NCBI GenBank assembly: GCA_009773155.1
Contig: WOVA01000002.1
Span: 6,889-70,888, forward strand
DNA from: Elusimicrobiota bacterium
Lineage (GTDB): Bacteria; Elusimicrobiota; Elusimicrobia; Elusimicrobiales; UBA9959
Direction: 5' to 3'
Length of the DNA stretch: 64,000 bases
This document shows, in pieces, positions 8,326 through 15,879 of the stretch. A model generated the notes under the pieces. That model saw only the letters and a list, made by a program, of their open reading frames with translations. It was not told the origin of the DNA and searched no databases. The stretch's first letter is position 1. The number at the start of each line of letters is the position of its first letter. The translations under genes were made by a program, and so were the position numbers.

Positions 8326-10386
8326 TCAGGCTTTCTTAGGCGGCGGAGGCGGCGGCGGAGGAGGTGCCTGGTCCTTCGGGGCTTCCTTGGCTTTGGGCTC
8401 TTCCGACTGAGGCAGTGCGCCCCAGTCCAGGGGCAGGATGAACATCGCGGCCGCCCCTCTTTCCTTCCTGTTAGATACCGTGAACTCCCCGCCGTGTCTT
8501 TCCACTATCCTGTGGGCCGTGGCCAGGCCTATGCCGGTGCCGTCCTTCTGGGAAGTATTGAAGGGCAGGTAGAGGCGGTCCATGACTTCGGCCGGGAAAC
8601 CGTGGCCGTTGTCCTCGAAGATCACCACGGCCTTGGAACGGTCCTCGGTGCCGGTCATCGTCATCTTGAGCGAGGTGCCGGGCGGCAGGTTCTCGTAGGC
8701 GTTCTTTATCACCTGGTAGAAGGCCAGGCGCAGCTTCTCCCTGTCCATTTTGATCCAGGCGGACGGCAGTATGACCTGCCGCGAGAGCGAAAGTTTCTTG
8801 TTGCGGAAAGGCCGCTCCCAGCCGTCCAGCAGGCCGTCGAGCATGGCGCGCAGCTCGCCGCGTTCCAGGTGCAGCGGCGTCTCGTCGATATAGGCCTGCC
8901 AGCCTTTCATCAGCGTTACGGAGGAAAGCATGGCCTTGAGCGACGGGGCCAGGTTCTTGCGGGCGGCGGCGGGCAGGCGGTAGCTGAAGAGGTTGAGGTC
9001 TCCCGATATCTTTGCGAGGCCCTTTATTACCTTTTCGGTGAAATCGAACTGTTCGCGCTTGATCAGGCCGCTCAGGCGCATATTGCGGCGCTTGAGGTCC
9101 TCGACCTCCTCCTGCAGGCGGTCTATCCTGCCCAGTTCCTGCTTAAGCAGCGCTATCGAGGCGTCGCGGTCGCGGAGTTTCTTGATGGTTTCGCGCAGAT
9201 TGTCGTCGGCCTTGCGCAGGGTCTCGCGCAGCGATTCTCCCTCGGCGAGGAGCGTGTTGATCCTGGCCGCGGAGCGCTTGTTGATCTCTTTTTCCAGCGA
9301 AAGACCGGTCTTTGTCTCGCGGAGCAGGCCGTTGAGCTTCTCGGTCTCGGCGCGCGAATCCCGCAGCTGGTCCGCCAGGGACTTCTCCTTCTCCAGCGCC
9401 TCCTCCAGGCCGCGGCGCAGCTCCGCCGCTTTCGACTGCAGCTCGAAGACCTTCCGCACCGCGCCCGCGAAATTAGCCTTCTGCTCCTCGGCGGAGAGGC
9501 GGGCGTCGCGCAGCTCCATCCGCAGGGCATGGGCCGCCGCTTCCCCTTCGGCGGCAAGTGTTTCCAGGCCTTCTTCCTTCTCGCGCAGCGACCCGGCTTC
9601 GGCCCGCGCCGCGGCCAGCGCTTTCCGGGCCTCGTCCAGGGCGGCCGCTGCTTCGGCCAGCGCCAGGCCGGAAGTCCTGCCCGTCTCGCGGGCGGCGGAC
9701 AGTTCTCCGGCCAGCTCGTCGGCCCGGGCGGAGGCCCCGGCCAGCGACTTCTCGAGAGAGTCTTTCTCCGATCTGATAGCGGCTATTTCTTCGTCGAGCG
9801 CCGCGGCTTCGGTTGTCCTGGTCTCCAGTTCGGCGGCCAGTCTGGCGGTCTCCGCTCCGGCGTCGGCCAGCTCGCGCAGCAGGTCCTCGGGCGCCACGGT
9901 TCCACCCCGGCCGGCGGCCGCGGCTTCGAGCGCCTCGGCCAGCGGTTTCATGGCGGCTAACGCCGTGAGGCGGGCCTCCAGGGCACCGGCCCTCGCCGAA
10001 GTCCCGTTCAGATTTTTTTCAAGCGCCGCCTTTTCCCCCTCGAGCAGGGCGGCGCGCTCCTTTTCGGAATCCAGCCCGGCGGCCAGTTTTTCCGCGCGCT
10101 CCGCCAGGGCGGCGTGTCCTTCGAGCAGGCCGGAGGCCCGCTTCACCAGGTCCTCCCTGGCCGCGGCGTCGGCGCGCATCTTCTCTATCTCCGCCTTGAG
10201 GGCGGATTCGCGCGAGCGCGCTTCCTGCAGCGCCCGTTCCAGGTGGGCCAGCCGCGAATTAAGTTCCCCCGCCCTGCGCGCGGCCTCCGCGTAGTTCTGC
10301 GAAAGGCGCCCGGCCTCCTCCTGGGCGCTCTTCATCGCGTCCCAGAGGAAGCCTATCTCGCGGCCGGCGGGGTTTTCGCCGCTCAT
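8326..10386 (-). CDS. coiled-coil protein with C-terminal histidine-kinase-like ATPase domain, no H-box histidine, poly-Pro tail
   Basis: Start placed at MSGENPAG (ATG 10386), which overlaps the upstream stop as ATGA. About 440 aa are A/E/L/R-rich heptad-like sequence. It then has N-box VIKNAYEN, G1 EDNGHGF and G2 GTGIGLATA. The H-box position reads FDFTEKVIKGL. The protein ends APPPPPPPPPKKA. Confidence 0.75.
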   Translation of the reverse strand: MSGENPAGREIGFLWDAMKSAQEEAGRLSQNYAEAARRAGELNSRLAHLERALQEARSRESALKAEIEKMRADAAAREDLVKRASGLLEGHAALAERAEKLAAGLDSEKERAALLEGEKAALEKNLNGTSARAGALEARLTALAAMKPLAEALEAAAAGRGGTVAPEDLLRELADAGAETARLAAELETRTTEAAALDEEIAAIRSEKDSLEKSLAGASARADELAGELSAARETGRTSGLALAEAAAALDEARKALAAARAEAGSLREKEEGLETLAAEGEAAAHALRMELRDARLSAEEQKANFAGAVRKVFELQSKAAELRRGLEEALEKEKSLADQLRDSRAETEKLNGLLRETKTGLSLEKEINKRSAARINTLLAEGESLRETLRKADDNLRETIKKLRDRDASIALLKQELGRIDRLQEEVEDLKRRNMRLSGLIKREQFDFTEKVIKGLAKISGDLNLFSYRLPAAARKNLAPSLKAMLSSVTLMKGWQAYIDETPLHLERGELRAMLDGLLDGWERPFRNKKLSLSRQVILPSAWIKMDREKLRLAFYQVIKNAYENLPPGTSLKMTMTGTEDRSKAVVIFEDNGHGFPAEVMDRLYLPFNTSQKDGTGIGLATAHRIVERHGGEFTVSNRKERGAAAMFILPLDWGALPQSEEPKAKEAPKDQAPPPPPPPPPKKA

Positions 10387-11837
10387 CAGGCGCTCCTCCC
10401 CGCCGCGATGTCTATGCGGTTCTTGGAGGCGAGGTCCATCGCGGTCGCGATGACCTTGGCGCGCGCCAGGATGACCTTCTCCTTCTCCTGGCGTGCGGAA
10501 AGCATGTCGCGGACTATCGCGCGCACGTCCTCGGGGAAGACCTTCATGACGCTGCGGGTATGGCCCTCGTCCATGCCCTGGAGGGCCACGGCCCAGTCGG
10601 CGTAAGGCAGCGAGAGCACCAGGGGCTTGAGGTTCTTCTCGTCCATGGAGCAGAGCTCGTCGAAAGTGATCAGCGCGCCGCGCAGCCGGTCGAACGAGGC
10701 CTGGTCCACGCCCTTGAGGCCGGAGAGCAGCTCCTCGCGTTCGGCGGGGTCGACAAGGCTGAGTATGCGGCCCAGCTTTTCGCTGCCCTTGAGCGATTTT
10801 TCTATGCGCAGGCGGAGGTTGTTCTCGACCTCCATGAGCCTTTCCGGCTCCACCTGCCGGAGCGCCAGCATGCGGCGGGTGACCTCCTCGCGGCGCGACG
10901 GGGGCAGGTTGAGCAGCAGCTTGGAGGAGATATGGGGCTTGCGGTCGGCGAGCTGGGCTATCACTATGGCCGCGTCCTCCTCGGCTTCGTCGGCGAGTAT
11001 CTCGCTTATCTCCTCGGCGGGCATCTTCTCGATGAACGAGAAGGAATCCTGGCTCTCGAGCAGCCGCAGGCCGCCGCCTCCGGCGTCTATGACCTCGGCG
11101 AACTCGCCGCCCTCTCCCTCCGCCTCTCCGCCGCCGGCCTGCGCTCCCGCCCCCGGAGCGGCCGAGCCGGCCTGCGAGGTCAGCGCGCTCATGCGGGCGT
11201 AGTCGAGCAGGCTGGTGAAAAGGCGCGAGGCCAGCAGGTAGGCGAAGACCACCAGCGAGGCCAGAGAAAGGGTGAGCAGAAAGGAGCCCAGCAGGATGCG
11301 GTGTATGTCCGGCGCGTCGAAGAACTCCTTCCACCAGGGCAGCATGTCGGCGCGCAGCAGGGAGATGGAGTCGCCGCGCTTCTCGTCGAGGCGCAGTATG
11401 TCGGTGACCAGGAGGCGGATGGCGTTGGCGCGGGCCTCGGGGATATTGCGGTCGAAGACCAGCGAGACGGTGACGCGCTTCATGCGGAACTGGCTGGTGT
11501 GGGTGGTCTCGGCCTTCTGCTGCTGGATGTACTCGTTGGTCTTCTCCATGACCGTGATCTGGGAGAAGCCGGGCAGCTGCATGAAATTCCCGGGGTCCGA
11601 GGCGCCGGATTCGCTCATGGCGGTGTAGGCGGCCTCGCCCTCTACGCGGACGAAGACCTTGCTCCTGCCGCGGCCCAGCAGCTGCTCCAGCAGGAGGGCC
11701 ACGTCCTGCTGCATGCGGGCCGACAGCTCAGCCTCTTCGGCCGCGGGCGTGACGGCGGGCGCCGCGGGGGCCTGAGCCTGCGCGGCCGCCTGCGAGAGCG
11801 GGAAAAATACGGAGAATAGCAGCGTCGCGATGGTCAT
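10386..11837 (-). CDS. FliF C-terminal ring-domain / TM / FliG middle+C-terminal domain fusion protein
   Basis: 483 aa. Signal peptide MTIATLLFSVFFPLSQAAAQA. The periplasmic segment has the FliF RBM3-like pattern (LLEQLLGRGRSKVFVRVEGEA...KRVTVSLVFD...LDEKRGDSISLL). TM helix ILLGSFLLTLSLASLVVFAYLLA. After a G/A/E linker comes a FliG_M-like part (EDAAIVIAQLADRKPHISSKLLLNLPPSRREEVTRRMLAL) and a FliG_C-like part (ITFDELCSMDEKNLKPLVLSLPYADWAVALQGMDEGHTRSVMKVFPEDVRAIVRDML...ARAKVIATAMDLASKNRIDI). Confidence 0.75.
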   Translation of the reverse strand: MTIATLLFSVFFPLSQAAAQAQAPAAPAVTPAAEEAELSARMQQDVALLLEQLLGRGRSKVFVRVEGEAAYTAMSESGASDPGNFMQLPGFSQITVMEKTNEYIQQQKAETTHTSQFRMKRVTVSLVFDRNIPEARANAIRLLVTDILRLDEKRGDSISLLRADMLPWWKEFFDAPDIHRILLGSFLLTLSLASLVVFAYLLASRLFTSLLDYARMSALTSQAGSAAPGAGAQAGGGEAEGEGGEFAEVIDAGGGGLRLLESQDSFSFIEKMPAEEISEILADEAEEDAAIVIAQLADRKPHISSKLLLNLPPSRREEVTRRMLALRQVEPERLMEVENNLRLRIEKSLKGSEKLGRILSLVDPAEREELLSGLKGVDQASFDRLRGALITFDELCSMDEKNLKPLVLSLPYADWAVALQGMDEGHTRSVMKVFPEDVRAIVRDMLSARQEKEKVILARAKVIATAMDLASKNRIDIAAGRSA

Positions 11838-11910
11838 AGACGGGGAGGCGCCGGCCTCCCTTTCATTGTAAATAATAGGAGATACGGGTTACAAAGTTGT
11901 TTCGTGAGGG

Positions 11911-13329
11911 TTAATTATTTAAGGGGAACTCGGCGCCGAAGACCGACCCGCCTCGCGCGCCGGGCCGGTAGAAGACTTTTCCGCTGTGCAGCCCGGCGAT
12001 GCGGCGGCACAGGGAGAGGCCCAGCCCGGTTCCCCCGGCCGCGGCGCCGGGAGCCCTGTAGAAGGCCTCGAAAAGCCTGCTCTCCGCCCCGGGCGGGACG
12101 CCCGGGCCGGTATCGGCCACTTCGAAGACGAGCGAGCCCTCCCGGCGGAGGACTTTTACCTCGACGGAGCCTCCCTTAGGGGTGAACTTGAGGGCGTTGG
12201 CGAGGAAATTAGTCAGCATATGGGCCGCCAGCTCCCTGTCCAGCCCGGCCGGCAGGCTTTCCTCCCCGGAATATTCCAGCCTGAGCCCCAGGTCGGCGGC
12301 GCGGGGCTTGAAGAAATCGGTCACATCGCGCGCCAGCGCCGCGGCGTCCTCGGGGCCCGGGTTGAACGGCATCTCCCCCCGCTCTATGCGGGCCAGGTCC
12401 AGCAGGCCGGTCACAAAAGCGGACAGCCGCGAGACGTTCTCCCTGATGCGCCGGTAATCGCCCTTCTCCGTCTCGCCCGCGCCGGGGCGGCGCTCGAGCA
12501 GCGCCAGGCGGCTCTCTATCGCGCCCAGAGGCGAGCGCAGTTCGTGCGTCACCGAAGAGACGAAGGCTTTCTTCATGTTCTCCAGTTCCAGCAGCTTGGC
12601 CGACATCGTATCGAAAGCGGCGCCGAAGGCGGCTATCTCGTCGGAGCCGCCTATCGAGGCCCTGGAGCCGAAGCGACCGGCACCGATATCGGCGGCCAGC
12701 GCCGAGAGCCGGCCCAGCCTGCGCGAGATGCCGGCCGAGAGCAGGAAGGCCAGCACGCCGGCCAGCGCCGCCGACAGCGCCGCCGCATGCGCGGTATTGC
12801 GCCAGAGCGCCATCAGAAGGTCCGACCGCTCCTTCTCCAGATAGTCCGCGGAGAAGTCCAGCCGGACGGCGGCGCCCTGCGCGGAGGCCCGCCGGATCAG
12901 GGCGGCATTCGCCGCAGTCGGTGGCCGGGCGGCGTAGCGCCCGGCACCTGCGGAGCCGGAGGCTCGTTGTTCCGCCGGGAGCTCTGCGACCGGCCGCGTC
13001 AGCCGGCGCCCGGGGGCGGCGGCGCCCGGCGGAGGCTTCCCCCGGCGTATCTCCGTTTCGGCGCCGCTCTTCCAGGTGAGGAAAGTCGCGGCTATATCGG
13101 GCCTGGAGCGGCGCAGATCGGCCAGGTAGTCCACCAGCATCAGCTGGTCGCCGGCCAGGGCGGCTTCCGCCGCCATGCGCTCCGCGCCGGCCGCGGCCGC
13201 CGCGATACGCTCCTCCTGTACGCGGTAGATCTCGTCCCTGCCGAAGCGGTAGAAAAAATAGCCGGCCGCCAGCGCGGCCGAAAGCGCCGCGGCCAGGAGC
13301 GCCAGGTTCAGCTTGGTCCTTAACGTCAT
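11911..13329 (-). CDS. sensor histidine kinase (TM, HAMP, HisKA, HATPase)
   Basis: H-box VSSVTHELRSPLGAIE, N-box NFLANALKFTPKGG, G1 DTGPGVP, G2 GTGLGLSLC. Confidence 0.9.
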   Translation of the reverse strand: MTLRTKLNLALLAAALSAALAAGYFFYRFGRDEIYRVQEERIAAAAAGAERMAAEAALAGDQLMLVDYLADLRRSRPDIAATFLTWKSGAETEIRRGKPPPGAAAPGRRLTRPVAELPAEQRASGSAGAGRYAARPPTAANAALIRRASAQGAAVRLDFSADYLEKERSDLLMALWRNTAHAAALSAALAGVLAFLLSAGISRRLGRLSALAADIGAGRFGSRASIGGSDEIAAFGAAFDTMSAKLLELENMKKAFVSSVTHELRSPLGAIESRLALLERRPGAGETEKGDYRRIRENVSRLSAFVTGLLDLARIERGEMPFNPGPEDAAALARDVTDFFKPRAADLGLRLEYSGEESLPAGLDRELAAHMLTNFLANALKFTPKGGSVEVKVLRREGSLVFEVADTGPGVPPGAESRLFEAFYRAPGAAAGGTGLGLSLCRRIAGLHSGKVFYRPGARGGSVFGAEFPLNN

Positions 13330-13332
13330 CGG

Positions 13333-15309
13333 CTATCTCGAGAACCTTATTATCCTCTCCAGGGCCTTCTTGGCCTGCGCGTTCTCCGGGTCGAGCACCA
13401 GTATGCGGCGGAAGATGTCGGCCGCCTTGCCGTACTCGCCCTTGGCGTAGAAGTCCGCGCCGGTCTGGTAGAGCTTCTCTATCTCGCGCGGCGCCGTCGC
13501 GGGCTTCTTTTCCTCGCGCTCAGCCTCGGGCACCGGCGGCACCCAGGTGGCCCCGCCGCTCTTGCGGCGCGCCTCCGAGACCATTTTGGTCAGGGCGGAC
13601 TTCTCGCTGGGCTCGGTCTCCGCCTTGAGCGCCTTGTCCCACCAGCCGGCGGCCTGCGCGTAGTTGCCCATCATGTAATGGCAGGAGCCGGCCTTCTTCA
13701 TCGCGTCGCGGTTGTCCGGTTCGTACTCCAGCGCGTCCTCGAGCTTGCGCAGCGCGTCGTCGTAGTTCTTCTGCGCGTAGAGGATCTCGGATTCCTTTAT
13801 CCTGTGCAGCGCCAGGCCGCCCTTGAAATCAGCGGGCACCCTCTCGGCCTTGAGGTGCGTCATGTCCTCGACGCCCTCCAGGAAGCGGCTGAGCGCGGCG
13901 TCGTCGCGGTTAAGACTGTGGGCGAAGGAGATCTCGCGGACCGCGCGGCTGTCCTGGCCCTTGAGGAAGTGGGTGATGCCCTGCGAGAGGCGGTTCTCCC
14001 ATTTCTCCTTTTCGGACTCGCCCGGCATGGCCGGGTAGAACTGGCCGGTCAGGTTAAGGCGGCGGCTGAGATTTATCAGCGAGGCGTCGGGCAGCAGGTC
14101 CTTGGCCTCCTCCATCAGCGTCCTGGCGGCGGTCTGGTATTTCTCGTCCATTATGAGACGTTTCACGCCAGTCAGCCGCGGGTTCTCCAGGCTGGCCAGT
14201 TCGCGGGTGCTCTTGTACTCGGAAACCTCGGCGAGGCGCTGGTACTGCTCCAGCAGGTCCTTCTCGTACTGCTCCTCTACGGTGGGGCCGCCGAAATGGT
14301 AGCTCATCGCCATACGGTGGGTTCCCGCCGTATCCTTTACGGTCCCCAGCGGCAGGATGAAGGCGTAGTCGAAGCCTATCTTGTTTATCTTGTAGGAGAG
14401 GCCGGCCGTGACCTGGCGGAAATCCCTGGTCCCGGCGCCCAGCGAGCCGCGCACGCTGATCTCGCCCTTGTCGAGCGTGGGAAATACCCGCTCCGCCGCC
14501 ACGATCATATCCCTGTCCATCTCGCCCGTAGGCCCCTCGCTGAAGCGGAGCTCGGAGGAAAGCGTCATCCAGAGCGCGCGGTAGGTGGCCCCGATCGCCG
14601 TGCGCATGGGCAGCTTGTCCTCAGCCCCGTCCCCGAAAGCGACGTTGGGCTGCAGAACGCTTTTGAGAGCCAGCCCGGCCGAATATCTCTTGCCGAGAGA
14701 GTAGATGAAGCCAAGGTCCAGGTCCATCGCGGAGGCGGCATTGGCGCCTATCAGGACGGAGTCCACCTGGCCGGTAGCCAGGAACCCGTCCATCGCGTCA
14801 TAAGTCTCTTCCAGGCGCTCGAAGGAGCGGGAGAGGAGCTTGAACGAGGCGCCGGCCGAAAGGTTCTCCAGCATCGTGTTGGGAGCGAAGGCGTAGCCGT
14901 AGGAGAGCTGCATCGTGCGCTCGGCGTAGACGCCGCTGAGGCTGAACTGGTTCCAGAGCCCGCCCATCACGCCCAGTTTGCCGCCGCGCAGCGGCACGGC
15001 CATGGCCATGCCCGTCATGCCCAGGCTGGAGCCGTCGCTCAGGCCGGTATGGAGCAGGGAGTGGGAGGCCAGGAACTTTACCCGCTCCAGACCGGCCAGG
15101 CCGGCCGGGTTGTAATGCACCGCGGAGACGTCGTCGGCCGCGGCCGTGAAAGCGTTGCCCAGACCGGGCGCCCGCGCGCCGAAGCCCAGGTCCTCGAAGG
15201 CGGAGAAGGCCGGACCCGCGGACAGCAGAGCCAGCAGCGCCGTCAGTCCCCGCAAAGCGAGGACAAGCGCCGCCGTCCCTCCGATCGCGAGTCCTTTTAC
15301 CCTGGTCAT
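13333..15309 (-). CDS. outer-membrane beta-barrel (PorV / PorP-SprF / UPF0164-like) fused to C-terminal TPR domain
   Basis: Start at MTRVKGLAIGG (signal peptide ending AFS-AFE). The N-terminal motif GARAPGLGNAFTAAADDVSAVHYNPAGLAGL is typical of PorV-like barrels. About 400 aa show alternating beta-strand patterns and a terminal aromatic (MSYHF). About 240 aa follow with TPR-like repeats (YAQKNYDDALRKLEDALEYEPDN, YAKGEYGKAADIFRRILVLDPEN). Confidence 0.65.
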   Translation of the reverse strand: MTRVKGLAIGGTAALVLALRGLTALLALLSAGPAFSAFEDLGFGARAPGLGNAFTAAADDVSAVHYNPAGLAGLERVKFLASHSLLHTGLSDGSSLGMTGMAMAVPLRGGKLGVMGGLWNQFSLSGVYAERTMQLSYGYAFAPNTMLENLSAGASFKLLSRSFERLEETYDAMDGFLATGQVDSVLIGANAASAMDLDLGFIYSLGKRYSAGLALKSVLQPNVAFGDGAEDKLPMRTAIGATYRALWMTLSSELRFSEGPTGEMDRDMIVAAERVFPTLDKGEISVRGSLGAGTRDFRQVTAGLSYKINKIGFDYAFILPLGTVKDTAGTHRMAMSYHFGGPTVEEQYEKDLLEQYQRLAEVSEYKSTRELASLENPRLTGVKRLIMDEKYQTAARTLMEEAKDLLPDASLINLSRRLNLTGQFYPAMPGESEKEKWENRLSQGITHFLKGQDSRAVREISFAHSLNRDDAALSRFLEGVEDMTHLKAERVPADFKGGLALHRIKESEILYAQKNYDDALRKLEDALEYEPDNRDAMKKAGSCHYMMGNYAQAAGWWDKALKAETEPSEKSALTKMVSEARRKSGGATWVPPVPEAEREEKKPATAPREIEKLYQTGADFYAKGEYGKAADIFRRILVLDPENAQAKKALERIIRFSR

Positions 15310-15323
15310 ATAAGCGTCCGCCG

Positions 15324-15716
15324 TTACCTGATCACAACGACCGTGCCCTTTATGACGGTCTCGCCGACCGTTATCTGATAGATGTAAACGCCGCCGGCCG
15401 CGCGCATCCCCAGGTTGGGGTTCCATTCCATTTTGTAGTAACTGTCCGTCAGGGAGATCTCCTTCAGCGTCATGTCCGCCACCTTCCGGCCCTTGAGGTC
15501 GAAGATCTCCCCTTTTACCAGTAACTCGGAGGGATTGTGGCACTGGAAGACGAAAGTGTCGTTCCTGGAGTCGCCGTTCGGGGTCACCAGGCGGCTGAGC
15601 GCGCGCGAACTTCCGACGGTGACGGCGGCCATCAGCGCTGGGGCGAGCAGCAGCGCAGCGGCCAGCGATATGGCCGCGCTGCCGACTCCCTTATTGAGTA
15701 GTTCCGGTTTTTTCAT
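15324..15716 (-). CDS. small secreted protein made of one CHU_C / T9SS type-B-like (FlgD-Ig-like) C-terminal domain
   Basis: Start MKKPELL with a signal-like hydrophobic stretch. Then LVTPNGDSRNDTFVF...GEIFDLKGRKVA...GGVYIYQITVGETVIKGTVVVIR. The module is shared with the C-terminus of the 15880-17514 product. Confidence 0.7.
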   Translation of the reverse strand: MKKPELLNKGVGSAAISLAAALLLAPALMAAVTVGSSRALSRLVTPNGDSRNDTFVFQCHNPSELLVKGEIFDLKGRKVADMTLKEISLTDSYYKMEWNPNLGMRAAGGVYIYQITVGETVIKGTVVVIR

Positions 15717-15861
15717 AAATCGAGACCTGACGTTCGCGGTTAAATCGTACAAAAGGCGTGCGACTATTTTATTTCGTAAATGTGAAGGTTGTTTTTCCCT
15801 GCGCGCCGGATTTTTTACTTTCCTGTCACAATCCCGCAATATTTCAGTCGCAAGGCGGCGC

Positions 15862-15867
15862 TATAAT
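15862..15867 (+). promoter_or_regulatory. candidate -10 box (TATAAT) 12 nt upstream of ATG 15880
   Basis: GCTATAATTTATTCCATACTATG lies in the AT-rich divergent intergenic region 15717-15879. No Shine-Dalgarno sequence lies between the box and the ATG. Confidence 0.35.
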
Positions 15868-15879
15868 TTATTCCATACT

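Noticed and set aside
10387-11334. N-terminal 316 aa of the 1002-aa track ORF 8326-11334 (an R/G/P-rich extension of the coiled-coil protein).
   Set aside because: This stretch overlaps the FliF/FliG-fusion gene in another frame and is low-complexity. An internal ATG at 10386 forms an ATGA junction with the upstream stop, and the sequence becomes protein-like from that point.
11846-11866. Small hairpin GGGAGGC-GCCG-GCCTCCC between the second kinase gene and the FliF/FliG fusion gene, as a terminator or RBS-sequestering structure.
   Set aside because: The stem is only 7 bp and no U-tract follows in the transcribed (minus) sense. It overlaps a GGGAGG that could be the Shine-Dalgarno sequence but lies ~17 nt from the ATG. 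The evidence is too weak to call either function.
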